The notes below the pieces were generated by a model. It searched no databases, was not told the DNA's origin, and saw nothing but the letters and a program-made list of their open reading frames with translations. Source: Escherichia phage vB_EcoM_JNE01. Taken from it: a DNA stretch of 64,000 nt. How positions within the stretch are numbered: the stretch's first letter is position 1; each line of letters starts with the position of its first letter. The stretch is from the sequence record OR670491; one strand, written 5' to 3'. Positions 9,675 through 20,114 of this stretch are shown here, piece after piece. A program made the translations under genes and the position numbers.

Positions 9675-12600
9675 TTATACACGTTGAGCAATGAAGGTAT
9701 CAAATACAGTACTGAAACCATCATAAACAACTTGAATGATACTAACTTGGTTCACAACTGAACTTACCTGACCAGATACAACTGCGTATTCAGCAGGGAT
9801 AGTTAGAACAGCATCACTAACAGTTGGTGTTACGTAAATGTATACAGAACACGCTTCACCGCTACCGATTAGACCAGTAATTGGTGCTAGGGTAGTGTTT
9901 TGGTCAAGAGTTAGACGATATACGTTACTAGAACCATCTGGAGTCCATGTACCGGATACAGAAGCGGTAGAAGCTACTACTGAAGTTGGTAGAACAGAGT
10001 ATTTCTTAGTGATTACAGTACTGGTTGTGAAATCAGCATCAGTAGTGTTCAATGCACCAGTCACCGTTAGGGCTTTATCAATCACAACGTTCTCTTTGAA
10101 GGTTGCAGTGCCATTAACAGTGATAGTATCAGCGGCAGCATCACCTAGAACAACATTACCATTAGCGGTTAATGTACCAGTAAAGGTTGCAGAACCAGTT
10201 ACGGCTACACTTGCTAGTGTTGCTAAACCTGTTGTAGTTATGGATGCAGTTGAAATTTCACTTTGAACGCTTAAGTTTTCAGAGAATGTTGCTGCACCTG
10301 TAACGGCTACACCACCATTCAGACTCGCTAGTCCAGTTACTGCAAGGGTAGAGCCGGTTTCTAAACTTCCACCAGTAATTTTACCAGTTGCAGTAATTGT
10401 TGTACCAGCAGAAATTGAAGTCCCCGCATTCACATTGTTGGTTGCAGTTAAAGATTTAACAGCTACATCAGAATCCGCTTGGTTCAATTGTGCGTTTAGT
10501 ACTCCTGTTACTGTGAAGTCACCGTTGGTTACAACGTTACCATTTACGGTTAGGTTGTTGTTTAGTGAACCAGAATCACCAATTGTTGCTGCTTTAGCAA
10601 TCATGGTTGCACCAGAAGTGATGTTACCAACTGCACTAACAGTTGAATCAGCCGCAATTGCGAATGGTTCTAATGTTTGACCGCTTACATCGATATCGGC
10701 GTTAATACCACCATCAACACGTAGTTTACCAGCAATATATGTATCAGGAACAATATGAACTGTTTCTGGTTGAACTGCTAGAGGTGTGCCAACTGTAAAT
10801 GATGTACCAGTTTTCACTGCACCACTTGCGGTTAGATCTGCAACGGTTGTTGCTCCAGTCACACCTAGTGTACCACCAACTGTAGTATTACCAGTAGAAG
10901 ATAAAACTCCTGCCCCGACAGTTCCAGATGCAGTTAATGATGTTGCATTGATGTCTGCTGTTGATATTCCACCACTCAATGTACTCAAACCAGTAACACT
11001 TAAAGTAGTTGATGAAGACAAGCTATTTGCAGAAACATCAGCACCAGTTAGATCCAAACCACCTTGTGGAATCAATGTACCTTCAACTGTTACGTTACCT
11101 TTTGCCACGGTTGCACCAGTTACTTCCAAAGACGCAGCAGTTGCTTTACCAGAGGTAGATAGAGTTGAAACACTTGTTGCACCAGCTTGTACTACACCAA
11201 GAGTTGAGGTTCCAGTAACACCAAGAGTGGTTGTTACGGATGCACTTGATAGGGTACTTGCCCCAGCAGTTAGCCCAGCAAGAGATGTTGTACCAGTTAC
11301 GCCTAGTGTACCACCAACGGTAGTATTACCAGAGATTACAGGAGCACCAGTAATTACCCCAGTTGTTAGTACTAAATCAGCACCAACAGTTGTGTTTCCA
11401 GTACTTGCTAGTGTTGCAGCTTGTAGGTTTGTACCACTTAGGTCAAATGTACCATCAACTGTTAAATTACCTGCAACGTGTGCATTACCAAGAGAGTTAA
11501 GTGACTTAACAGAAACATCAGTAGTGCTTAGATCAATTGCACCAGCAGTTAAAGTACCAGATGCATGGAAATCACCAGTAACATTTGTGGATTTTGAAAT
11601 TTCAACTGTTGCACCAGGAGCCGTGAAGGATGCACCACTAATTGCACCAGTTGCCGCTACAGAACTAGCATCAATTGCAGTTGCAGATACAGCAGCAAGG
11701 GTAGAAGCACCAACAACATCAAGTGAGCCAGAAGCAGAAATATTACTTGTATTAATATTAGCTACAGTACTTTCCCCAGATACATTCAATGTTGTTGCTT
11801 TTGCTGCACCTAATGTACTATCGGTTGAAGATAGTTTAGGGAATGTATTGGTTTTTAATGCATCAGTACTAACAAAACTTAATGCAGATACATCTGCACC
11901 ACTTAAATCAACAGTACCTGCAACAGATAGGTTTCCACCGATAGTAGCACCTTCAGTTGTGGTTATTGAGTTAGAAGTTATGTCAACTGAGCTTAGGTCA
12001 AGACCACCTTGCGGGGTAAAGACACCTGTTACGGTTAGGTCTTTAGCTGCTACTACATTACTAGCAAGATTCAATGTTCCCGCACCAGACGCTCCAGCTT
12101 GAACCGTAGGAGTTGTTACAGAAGTTGAAATTGTAGCAGTTGTAGAAGATAAACGTGAACCAGAAACAACACCAGTACTGGTCAATGTTCCAACTTTTGC
12201 AGCACCAGTAGTTGTGATAGTACCACCAGATACATCACCGGAAGCTACTACAGAAGATGCGTTAACAACACCAAAGGTACTTGGGTTAGTTGCAGTAATA
12301 GATTTTGCAGTTACATCAGCAGAACTAAGATCGATAGCACCAGATACAGCAAGAGAACCACCTACGGTTACGTTTCCAGTAGTAGTTAAAGATGCAGCAC
12401 TTACATCAGTAGTACTTAAATCAATCCCACTTGGAGTTAGTGTTCCAGTGATCGTAACATCATTAGCAAATGTAGTATTCCCACTGATAGTTGGAGCAGT
12501 TAGTGAACCAACAGTCGCAGCACCAGTTACTTCTAAAGAACCAGCAGTTGCTTTACCGGACACACCTAGTGAATTACCTAAAGTAACAGCACCAGTTACA

Positions 12601-14561
12601 CCTAATGTACCACCAACTGTAGCATTACTCACTACATGAAGACCAGTACCAGATGCACCATTTAGTGTTAGATACCCTGCCGATGCTGCACCAGATATAG
12701 TTGCTGAACTTGCATTAACAGCAGCCAATGTGGTTTCACCAGCAACACTTAGTGTTGTTGTTACATCAACTTTATTAGGAGCAATATCAAGGCCATCTAC
12801 GTCGGCTACGGCGGTTACACCAGTTGTGGTTCCAGTTACTACTAGATCCTTAACAGTTACTGTTTGGCCTTGTACGGTTACATTACCATCTAAAATACTA
12901 TCTCCAGTTACACCTAATGTTCCACCAAGAGACGTTCCACCTGTGACTTCTAGATAGCCAGCAGTGGTTTTGCCAGTAGAAGTTAATGTTGTTCCCTGAA
13001 TACCAGACGTTGCAGTTACGGAGTTAGGAGTTAGATCCTGCCCACTAACATCAACAGTTAGGCCAGTAACAGTTCCTGTGAATTCTACATCACCTAGAAC
13101 CGATTTACCAGCAACAGAAAGTTGTGGAGTTCCTGGAGCTTGAGTAGCGTTACCAGCGATTTCTAGATAATCTAGTTTGTTTAGACCTTTACCTGTGATA
13201 CCATATGTTGCTAGTGAAGCATCACCAAAGGTTGCAGTTTTCTGAACAGTTAATGTAGCAGGAGACATTAATTCAGATTGAATTTCGTTCTGTAGAAGAA
13301 CAGTTGGGCGTTGACCAACGGCAGTATAAGCAAAACCAACTTTGGTATCAGCACTTGCAGATGCTGGACCTAGGTTTAGTGCTTTAATATTTGCAGTAGT
13401 GTTAGTACCACTGATATTACCACCTAGAGTTACAGAACCTTCAAGACTAGTTAGGCCAGATACTTTTAGTGTTTGTGCTTCGATATCACCTAAACTGAAT
13501 GTACCACCAAGAACACCACTTACGTTAATGTTATTGAAGTTTGCAGTGCCAGTACTTTCAATATTAGGAATAGTAGCAGAACCAGTTACTTCGAAATCAG
13601 TTACTTTAGTTAAACCTTTAGTAACTTCAAGTAAAGGGGTAGCTGGTGATTGAACTGCGTTACCACTAATAGTTACATAATCTAATTTGTTTAGACCATT
13701 ACCAGTGATACCAAAAGTACTTAAAGATGCATCACCAAAAGTAGCAGACTTAAGAACAGTTAGGGATGCTGGAGACATTAGCTCGGACTGAATTTCGTTT
13801 TGTAGAATTACAGTTGGGCGTTGGCCTGGTGCGGTATAAGTGAAGCTTAAACGGTAAGCACTGCTTGCGGAGTTAGCACCGATTTTGACATCTTTAAATG
13901 TTGCAGTTGTGTTGATACCAGTGATGTTCGCACCTAGAGTAACAGCACCCTGTAGGCTACTTTGACCAGACACAGTTAGGGTAGTTGCGTTTACATCAGA
14001 AAGACTGAATGCACCACCTAGTGTACCACTTATGGTAACATCGTTAAAGCTGGCTGTACCAGTACTATTAATGTCGGTTGCATTTAAAGTTGCAATAGTT
14101 GCTTCGTTTGCAGATAGTTTATCAAATGCAGCAGTAGTTCCTGCGTCAGCATTAATATTACCTTTAAAAGTTGAAATTCCATCAACTGATAGTGAGTCAA
14201 CAGATGTTGCTTTCAAATCAACATTACCAGCAGTTTGACGAATATTACCACCAAATGAAACACCAGAGTTAAAAGTTGCTGCGGAGTTAATTGTAGCAGT
14301 ATCAGTACCTGGTGCTACTGCACCAATCACAGTGCTACCTACCACTTCAACACCACCATTAAGAGATGCTTTACCAGCTACATCTAGGGTAGAAGTGATA
14401 TTAGCAGTTGCTGCTTCAATTGCAGTGAATGTAGCATTTGCAAAAGAAACTGTACCATTTACGGTAAGATTCTTATTGAATACTGCATCACCTTTAACTA
14501 ATAGATCTTTACCGACTACAGCACCACCAGTAATATCTAGATCAGTTTTAATCGAGTACAT
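9675..14561 (-). CDS. giant tail fiber protein B (1628 aa), paralog of fiber A
   Basis: N-terminal ~80 aa and C-terminal ~60 aa nearly identical in pattern to fiber A; two tandem ~170-aa repeats; GGAGGG RBS. Confidence 0.8.
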   Translation of the reverse strand: MYSIKTDLDITGGAVVGKDLLVKGDAVFNKNLTVNGTVSFANATFTAIEAATANITSTLDVAGKASLNGGVEVVGSTVIGAVAPGTDTATINSAATFNSGVSFGGNIRQTAGNVDLKATSVDSLSVDGISTFKGNINADAGTTAAFDKLSANEATIATLNATDINSTGTASFNDVTISGTLGGAFSLSDVNATTLTVSGQSSLQGAVTLGANITGINTTATFKDVKIGANSASSAYRLSFTYTAPGQRPTVILQNEIQSELMSPASLTVLKSATFGDASLSTFGITGNGLNKLDYVTISGNAVQSPATPLLEVTKGLTKVTDFEVTGSATIPNIESTGTANFNNINVSGVLGGTFSLGDIEAQTLKVSGLTSLEGSVTLGGNISGTNTTANIKALNLGPASASADTKVGFAYTAVGQRPTVLLQNEIQSELMSPATLTVQKTATFGDASLATYGITGKGLNKLDYLEIAGNATQAPGTPQLSVAGKSVLGDVEFTGTVTGLTVDVSGQDLTPNSVTATSGIQGTTLTSTGKTTAGYLEVTGGTSLGGTLGVTGDSILDGNVTVQGQTVTVKDLVVTGTTTGVTAVADVDGLDIAPNKVDVTTTLSVAGETTLAAVNASSATISGAASAGYLTLNGASGTGLHVVSNATVGGTLGVTGAVTLGNSLGVSGKATAGSLEVTGAATVGSLTAPTISGNTTFANDVTITGTLTPSGIDLSTTDVSAASLTTTGNVTVGGSLAVSGAIDLSSADVTAKSITATNPSTFGVVNASSVVASGDVSGGTITTTGAAKVGTLTSTGVVSGSRLSSTTATISTSVTTPTVQAGASGAGTLNLASNVVAAKDLTVTGVFTPQGGLDLSSVDITSNSITTTEGATIGGNLSVAGTVDLSGADVSALSFVSTDALKTNTFPKLSSTDSTLGAAKATTLNVSGESTVANINTSNISASGSLDVVGASTLAAVSATAIDASSVAATGAISGASFTAPGATVEISKSTNVTGDFHASGTLTAGAIDLSTTDVSVKSLNSLGNAHVAGNLTVDGTFDLSGTNLQAATLASTGNTTVGADLVLTTGVITGAPVISGNTTVGGTLGVTGTTSLAGLTAGASTLSSASVTTTLGVTGTSTLGVVQAGATSVSTLSTSGKATAASLEVTGATVAKGNVTVEGTLIPQGGLDLTGADVSANSLSSSTTLSVTGLSTLSGGISTADINATSLTASGTVGAGVLSSTGNTTVGGTLGVTGATTVADLTASGAVKTGTSFTVGTPLAVQPETVHIVPDTYIAGKLRVDGGINADIDVSGQTLEPFAIAADSTVSAVGNITSGATMIAKAATIGDSGSLNNNLTVNGNVVTNGDFTVTGVLNAQLNQADSDVAVKSLTATNNVNAGTSISAGTTITATGKITGGSLETGSTLAVTGLASLNGGVAVTGAATFSENLSVQSEISTASITTTGLATLASVAVTGSATFTGTLTANGNVVLGDAAADTITVNGTATFKENVVIDKALTVTGALNTTDADFTTSTVITKKYSVLPTSVVASTASVSGTWTPDGSSNVYRLTLDQNTTLAPITGLIGSGEACSVYIYVTPTVSDAVLTIPAEYAVVSGQVSSVVNQVSIIQVVYDGFSTVFDTFIAQRV
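13060..14066. repeat. two tandem ~505-bp coding repeats inside fiber B, homologous to the fiber A repeats
   Basis: TCTAATTTGTTTAGACC recurs about 505 bp apart (near 13170 and 13680); stretches such as GGAATAGTAGCAGAACCAGTTACTTCGAAATCAGTTACTTTAGTTAAACC are shared with fiber A around 8530-8600. Confidence 0.75.
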
Positions 14562-14612
14562 TTAGTTCCCTCCATTTGAATGATTATAAACATAACCATT
14601 CTCGTTAATATG

Positions 14613-14623
14613 TATATATTTAG
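14613..14623 (-). promoter_or_regulatory. putative late promoter of fiber B (CTAAATATATA)
   Basis: Minus strand AAACTAAATATATACAT about 55 nt upstream of ATG; leader ends in the same AAATGGAGGGAACT RBS block as fiber A. Confidence 0.4.
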
Positions 14624-14633
14624 TTTATGATAT

Positions 14634-14665
14634 AAAAAAACCAGACCTGATACTAAAGGTCTGGT
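14634..14665 (-). terminator. intrinsic terminator after the 298-aa fiber/spike gene
   Basis: CCAGACC-loop-GGTCTGG hairpin followed on minus strand by TTTTTTT. Confidence 0.65.
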
Positions 14666-14673
14666 TATATTTT

Positions 14674-15570
14674 TTATTTACCGGATATTACAACCTTGCC
14701 ACTAAATGCAACATAGGATGTGAATATAACATTACCACTAGCATCAATTTGAGTTTCAGCAGTAACAGCTTCAAAAGGTGCAAGAGCAGTACTGCCTTGT
14801 ACTTTATTACCGTATAGAGAAACGTATAGATTGTCAGGGGTTTGTTTATGATCTGCTGCTGGAATAGTTAGAGTGAATTGATCACCGGAAGCTACCCAAT
14901 CAGCCTGATTAATAAGTTTACTGTATGGTACTGTCATAGTTGTTGCTCCTATAATATTAATTTTAACACTTGCGTATTCTGAAAGCTGACCAACTACTTC
15001 TAGAGTTATATCACCAATACCAGAAACTGTAACGTTAGTTTGGAATACAGAATCCAAATCGACATCACCTGGGTCACCTTGCAATTGAACCATAATATCA
15101 GCACCGCGACCATGAATAGATTCAGGAAGAGTGTATGTATATTTGTCAGATGAACCTGGCTCTAATACAAATGCTGAAACTGGAACAGTATGTGTGGTTA
15201 CATAAGAACTATCACTACCAGGAGTAGATGATTTAAGTGGTTTCCATACACCAAGGTCTTTAATATAAATCTGAAGTGTATTTTCAGCATCAACTAGGAA
15301 ATACACATCACCATCGGTTCCCAATGCATCAGCAGGAGCTACAGTACCGCGAAGAATACCACCAGCACCACCGCCACCATGTGCGTTTAAATATCCCAAG
15401 GTTACCAGATGGGTATTAGCTGTTGGGTCAGCCGCAGAAATTGGAAGAAGACCAGTTCCTGTATAGTTTTGAATTTGCACAACACTACCATTCGTAGTGA
15501 TTTGTGCACCATTTTTACCAAGTATGAAGGTCTTCTTCATGGTTCCTTCTAAATTAGAAAAAACTGCCAT
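14674..15570 (-). CDS. tail fiber/spike protein with conserved N-terminal anchor domain (298 aa)
   Basis: Start moved to the ATG preceded by AAAGGAGATGA RBS (MAVFSNLEGTMKKTFILGKNGAQI...); N-terminal ~110 aa parallel the N-terminus of the adjacent tailspike (VFSNLEGTM..FILGK.GA.I). Confidence 0.7.
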   Translation of the reverse strand: MAVFSNLEGTMKKTFILGKNGAQITTNGSVVQIQNYTGTGLLPISAADPTANTHLVTLGYLNAHGGGGAGGILRGTVAPADALGTDGDVYFLVDAENTLQIYIKDLGVWKPLKSSTPGSDSSYVTTHTVPVSAFVLEPGSSDKYTYTLPESIHGRGADIMVQLQGDPGDVDLDSVFQTNVTVSGIGDITLEVVGQLSEYASVKINIIGATTMTVPYSKLINQADWVASGDQFTLTIPAADHKQTPDNLYVSLYGNKVQGSTALAPFEAVTAETQIDASGNVIFTSYVAFSGKVVISGK

Positions 15571-15584
15571 TTTAATCATCTCCT

Positions 15585-17727
15585 TTATGATAGAGTTATA
15601 TATGTTATTGGCTGTGCCGCTTTTAATAATGCACCTGCTGCTGTAGCAGTTACAATTGGGTCGGCAATGTCAACGCGGTATGCGTTTGATACTACGTAAA
15701 CTGCTCTGGTGATGTATGTTAATAAATCTTCACCATTTGCCCCAGCACCTGTAATGAGTATTTGTGTTCCAGCAGCTTTCGCATATTGGTTATCACCCCA
15801 TGATACGCCTAACGCCTCTATATATGTTTGTCCTACAACCGTTTGTCGTATGGTGTCGTATTTTCCGAAGAAAGAACCACCAACTGTTACAATATATTTA
15901 CTCCCTGACTGGTTGTGAATAATTGTACCTTGTGGGAAATAACGACCACCAGGGAACGTGTCATATGGAACATAATATTGTTCAACTACAGGTATCAGTA
16001 CTGGACCACGGTGACCAGTTCCGTCAATATCAGTTGGTACTTTAAAGTTGTTAGATGATTGGTCAATTCTATCCACATACATTTTAGCAAAACTATATTT
16101 GGATATGTTACAATCATCTTGGACTACACAGTTTGTCCAGTTTGTATATGTATATTTAGAACGGGTATACAAACCACCACCTTCACCTTCTGTTGACAAG
16201 TGTTGACCAATAACATCTAACTCTTTAGTGCGAATATCACTAAACTTAGAAGCTGATGGAAGACCACGCCATTGAATCTTAGTACAAGTTACATTGGATA
16301 ATTCAGTATTGTTTGTCCAGTTATCAGAACAAGATGTATAAACTAAAATAGTTGATTCTGGAATATACAAATTAGATAATTTAAAGTTACGTGGAGGTCC
16401 AGCAAATTTACCAGAAGTTACACCCCAGTTTATAGAAACCATACGTGTAGTTACTGATGCGTCATTTAATAGATGTCCAGTAAGACCATCGACAATAAAG
16501 TCTTTTGAACCATAAGTGATAACACCACAGGTAGTAAGGCCAGTACCAGTCGATACCAATGAGGATGGATATACCTCGTTATCTAAAATTTTAAAATCTT
16601 TACCAACTTCAACGTGAATACACTGACGAACGTTATAAACTCTATTGTTTTTAATAACAAAGTTTTTAACATATTGTGAATCAGGAGCATCAACGTCATA
16701 TGGACCAGAACCCGCTACCCCAATTCCTATACCCCAGTTTGATAATGGGATTGGTGCATTAGTACCGTCAACGTTTTCAATAATATTTCCTTCAATTACA
16801 AAACCATCAGGATAATGAGAGTTGATAACGTTTAGTTCGATTGCATCCCCATAGATATCGTGAATATGGTTATAAGAATAACGCCCTACTGTCATTTTTT
16901 CACCCGTGCCTTGTTGAAGAACTCCATACTTACAAAGAGTCATTTCATTAAAGCAGAAATCAATAGTGCCAGTTTGAGTCATACCTTGCATTAAAAACGC
17001 AGCAGTACTGGTAATGTTTATAAATTTATTAAAATAAAATTTACCATCACCACCAAAGAATTTAAGATAACAACCAGTTAATGTAGCAAATTGTATATGG
17101 CAGTTGATTACAGAAATCATAGTACCGCCGTTACCTGTTATTGTTCCACCAAACCAAGTTATATCTTCCAAGTATAAGGCTGTTTTAATTCTATAATTAC
17201 CTTTACCTTGAACTTGAATTTTATTCTCTTTTGCATATACTGCACAGGCATTTACTGCCGCAGTGTCATCTGTTTCACCATCACCTGCTGCCCCAAACTC
17301 TTCAGGAGTTACATAGAACTGTGCTTGTTGAAGTGTTCCTCCTGTTATCAATCCAATATAATCTCCGTCCGTTAACACTTGACAAAATATCTTTATTAAC
17401 GTATAGTGATTTTACCCATTTACCATCAATTTTTAGAAATATATCAACAATCCCTTCACTGTTAGTTTGGAAATATGTATAATTATTTTTACCGATATCA
17501 TCTGAAGGGATGGCTTCACCAAACATTACGGTTGGGTGATCTTCTAGATACTTAACATTGACAGCAGAATCGGCATCAACCGCAGACCCTACTTTAACTG
17601 GTAGAAATTTTTCACCAAATGAATCCTTTATTGAAATGGAATCATCTGAAAAACTAATCAAGGCTCCTTTTTTACCAAGGATGAATGAGGGCTGCATGGT
17701 TCCTTCTAAATTAGAAAAAACTGACAT
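15585..17727 (-). CDS. tailspike with pectate-lyase-type beta-helix (depolymerase-like); N-terminal anchor domain and enzymatic domain in different frames (apparent +1 frameshift near 17380-17410)
   Basis: ORF 17302..17727 encodes the anchor domain (MSVFSNLEGTMQPSFILGKKGALI...); ORF 15585..17378 (+1 frame, starts only at GTG without RBS, in-frame stop 11 codons upstream) encodes ...EEFGAAGDGETDDTAAVNA..., the classic right-handed beta-helix pectate lyase/tailspike signature. Confidence 0.6.
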
Positions 17728-17741
17728 AATCAATACCCCCG

Positions 17742-18869
17742 TTAGATGTTATCGCTAATTGGTTGTATTGGTGATTGCCATGCCAAAGTACAGATAATTT
17801 TAATTTGACCATAAGCACTGTTGTTTACAGAGTCGTTGAAAATACAAGAGATAATTTCATCTTTATCAGAAACAGTGTGGTTAACTTCGTTAACAATAAA
17901 ACGCATTTTACGGTTAATGTCAAAATAATCAACTGGAGCAATTACAGTACCCCCAATATCTTCTTGTGCTTCACCACCGAAACGAACAAACATTTCGTTA
18001 ACTGGTAAATCATAAGCTTGTTGTACATCAACATCGATATTAGTAACTAGGTATCCAGCAGGACATGTACCAATAACTAGAACGGCGTTAGTCCATGAAT
18101 GATCAATAGTGTTTACAATAACCAAGGAATCTTTACCTGGAGCACCTGTAGCACCTGGTAGACCTTGTTCACCTTGAATACCCTGTTTACCACGGAATTC
18201 AATACCAGTACTCCACTCTTTGGAAGGCGGGGTTGTGGTGTTTACAATATCAACATAGTATAGTTTACCATCTGTGGTATTATAGAAGCAGTAGTCTTCA
18301 GGAAGGTCAGTAATACTAGGGAATACATCACCAGTACTATCAATATGGAATCGTCCACGTAGACCTTGTGGGCCACGGAATTGTACACCATCACTCCAAG
18401 TTGCAGTTACTGATTGATAGAAATAAACTTTACCATCAGTTGTATTATAGAATGTATAGTTGTTTACGAGGTTAGTAGTTGGGAATGTATCACCAGAGCT
18501 ATCAATATGGAATGATTTACCAGCTTCACCAGTATCACCTTTACCAAATTCTACAACGTTCCAAGTACTATTACTGTCAGTTGCGGCGTTGGTTTTGAAA
18601 TATAGCTTACTAGTTCCGTTTGCAAGACTAAGATAGCACCAGCCAAGTTCTTCACCTACTCGGAATGATTCATCTGGGATTTCAAAACCTATCTCGTTTG
18701 GATAAAAGTTTTTACCATTTGTACCATCTCTACCAACAACAAGACCTAGATCTTGAATTGTGTTGTCAGCGTAAGTTACGATCAAATGTCCAGCAGAGTT
18801 GATAACTAAACTCTTTATGCCGGAATTATTGCATGAACTACTAGTCCCATTATTAAATGAAATTGTCAT
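17742..18869 (-). CDS. collagen-like repeat-containing fiber protein (375 aa)
   Basis: Start placed at MTISFNNG (AAAGGAAATAATA RBS) rather than the upstream ORF-track start; contains G-x-y triplet runs GPQGLRG and GKQGIQGEQGLPGATGAPGKD. Confidence 0.6.
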   Translation of the reverse strand: MTISFNNGTSSSCNNSGIKSLVINSAGHLIVTYADNTIQDLGLVVGRDGTNGKNFYPNEIGFEIPDESFRVGEELGWCYLSLANGTSKLYFKTNAATDSNSTWNVVEFGKGDTGEAGKSFHIDSSGDTFPTTNLVNNYTFYNTTDGKVYFYQSVTATWSDGVQFRGPQGLRGRFHIDSTGDVFPSITDLPEDYCFYNTTDGKLYYVDIVNTTTPPSKEWSTGIEFRGKQGIQGEQGLPGATGAPGKDSLVIVNTIDHSWTNAVLVIGTCPAGYLVTNIDVDVQQAYDLPVNEMFVRFGGEAQEDIGGTVIAPVDYFDINRKMRFIVNEVNHTVSDKDEIISCIFNDSVNNSAYGQIKIICTLAWQSPIQPISDNI

Positions 18870-18907
18870 TATTATTTCCTTTTTATAAGTGAATCGTAAT
18901 ATACCAA

Positions 18908-18914
18908 TATTTAT
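18908..18914 (-). promoter_or_regulatory. putative late promoter (ATAAATA) for the collagen-like gene
   Basis: Minus strand CTGATAAATATTGG about 39 nt upstream of ATG. Confidence 0.4.
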
Positions 18915-18941
18915 CAGTACAAAATACATTTCGACATCATT

Positions 18942-18949
18942 AATAAATA
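18942..18949 (+). promoter_or_regulatory. putative late promoter (ATAAATAAAT) for the plus-strand genes 18982-21215
   Basis: TAATAAATAAATG about 32 nt upstream of ATG 18982; divergent from the minus-strand promoter. Confidence 0.4.
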
Positions 18950-18981
18950 AATGAAAGTTCACTACTAAAAAGGGCTTAACA

Positions 18982-19479
18982 ATGGCATTAAGATCAAAAG
19001 ATTTCCTATTCAAGCGTAAAGCTAAAGACGGTTCATGGCAAGAGTTCCCTGAATCTGACAGTTGGTATCCATCAAACCTAGATTATCTCTGGAATGAGCA
19101 AACACTACCTCTTGCAAGTGGTGGTTACTATGGAAGTACAACTGGGTTACATACAATTTCCTTTACCCTGCGTAACTTCATCGGTAGAATTTATGTACTA
19201 GCAACTCTAGCAAGTAACCCGTCAGATGATGATTGGTTCCCTATTAAATTTACCGAAAGCTGCAATTATTATCTTGAATTCACTGATACTGTTATTCTAA
19301 ACCCAAATGGCGGTGATCTTATCAGAGAACAAGGTACAACTGGTACATTTGCTGAAACATTAACTGGTAACTTTACCTATCTCAAAATTGGTATCGACCG
19401 TGACTACATTAGTAAGTACCCTTCTGATGTTCAGAAGAGTTTAGCTGGTAAATTAGAACAAATTTTAATAAACTATTAA
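18982..19479 (+). CDS. hypothetical late protein (165 aa)
   Basis: ORF with AAGGG RBS; no recognisable motif. Confidence 0.5.
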   Translation: MALRSKDFLFKRKAKDGSWQEFPESDSWYPSNLDYLWNEQTLPLASGGYYGSTTGLHTISFTLRNFIGRIYVLATLASNPSDDDWFPIKFTESCNYYLEFTDTVILNPNGGDLIREQGTTGTFAETLTGNFTYLKIGIDRDYISKYPSDVQKSLAGKLEQILINY

Positions 19480-19492
19480 TTAAGGATTAGAA

Positions 19493-20101
19493 ATGAAGTT
19501 TGAAACAGAACAACCAAAACTATTTGTTAAGGGTCATGTACTAATTACTGATGTTACTGATCCAGAACATGAAAAAATTGTTTTAGACAAGTCCAACGCA
19601 ATTCACCCTGAAAATATGAGTACTGCTATTGCGAATGCTCTAGCTTATAACCAAGATAGTACGGGTATTCCTATCGGTTCTATTAGTGAAATGCGTTTTG
19701 GTAATGGTGGTACAGTAGTATTGAGTACTGGTCGCGTTACTTACAAAAAACCACGTGTAACATCGTTTGGTGGCTTGTATTCTGAAACATATTTGAAGAA
19801 AATCAACCCGCGTATCACTGCTGGTATTGATGCACAATACAATAACATTACAACTGTTCACATCCCAGGCCAATCTTATACTGATATCGTTTGTATCTGT
19901 ACTCTAGGTCTAGGTGAACCATCTGACCAAGCAGTTAGTTCCGGTACAAGCATGGATGGAACCTATGTATTTGATGAATTGGGGTTATATACAGATGGTG
20001 ATAGTGGTATTCCACTTACTCACATCATTTTCCACCCAGTTGAGAAAAGTGCTAACCGTGTATTGCAAATTAAATACACTGTACGTGTACAACTTCAATA
20101 A
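19493..20101 (+). CDS. hypothetical late protein (202 aa), probably structural
   Basis: ORF with AAGGA RBS tightly packed after previous gene; Gly/Thr-rich. Confidence 0.5.
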   Translation: MKFETEQPKLFVKGHVLITDVTDPEHEKIVLDKSNAIHPENMSTAIANALAYNQDSTGIPIGSISEMRFGNGGTVVLSTGRVTYKKPRVTSFGGLYSETYLKKINPRITAGIDAQYNNITTVHIPGQSYTDIVCICTLGLGEPSDQAVSSGTSMDGTYVFDELGLYTDGDSGIPLTHIIFHPVEKSANRVLQIKYTVRVQLQ

Positions 20102-20114
20102 TAAGAGGTAGAAT

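Noticed and set aside
3174-14561. Diversity-generating retroelement targeting the fiber genes
   Set aside because: No reverse transcriptase gene or template-repeat/variable-repeat pair with adenine-specific differences in the window
3343-14565. Many plus-strand ORFs of 60-438 aa inside the two giant fiber genes (e.g. 3343..4281, 4450..5241, 10786..12102, 12214..12639)
   Set aside because: They are antisense shadow frames of low-complexity Thr/Gly/Val-rich coding sequence (translations rich in Pro/Val/Thr, no RBS, fully nested in long minus-strand ORFs)
18872-19013. N-terminal 48-aa extension of the collagen-like gene
   Set aside because: Translation of AT-rich intergenic sequence with implausible composition; a strong RBS precedes the internal ATG at 18869
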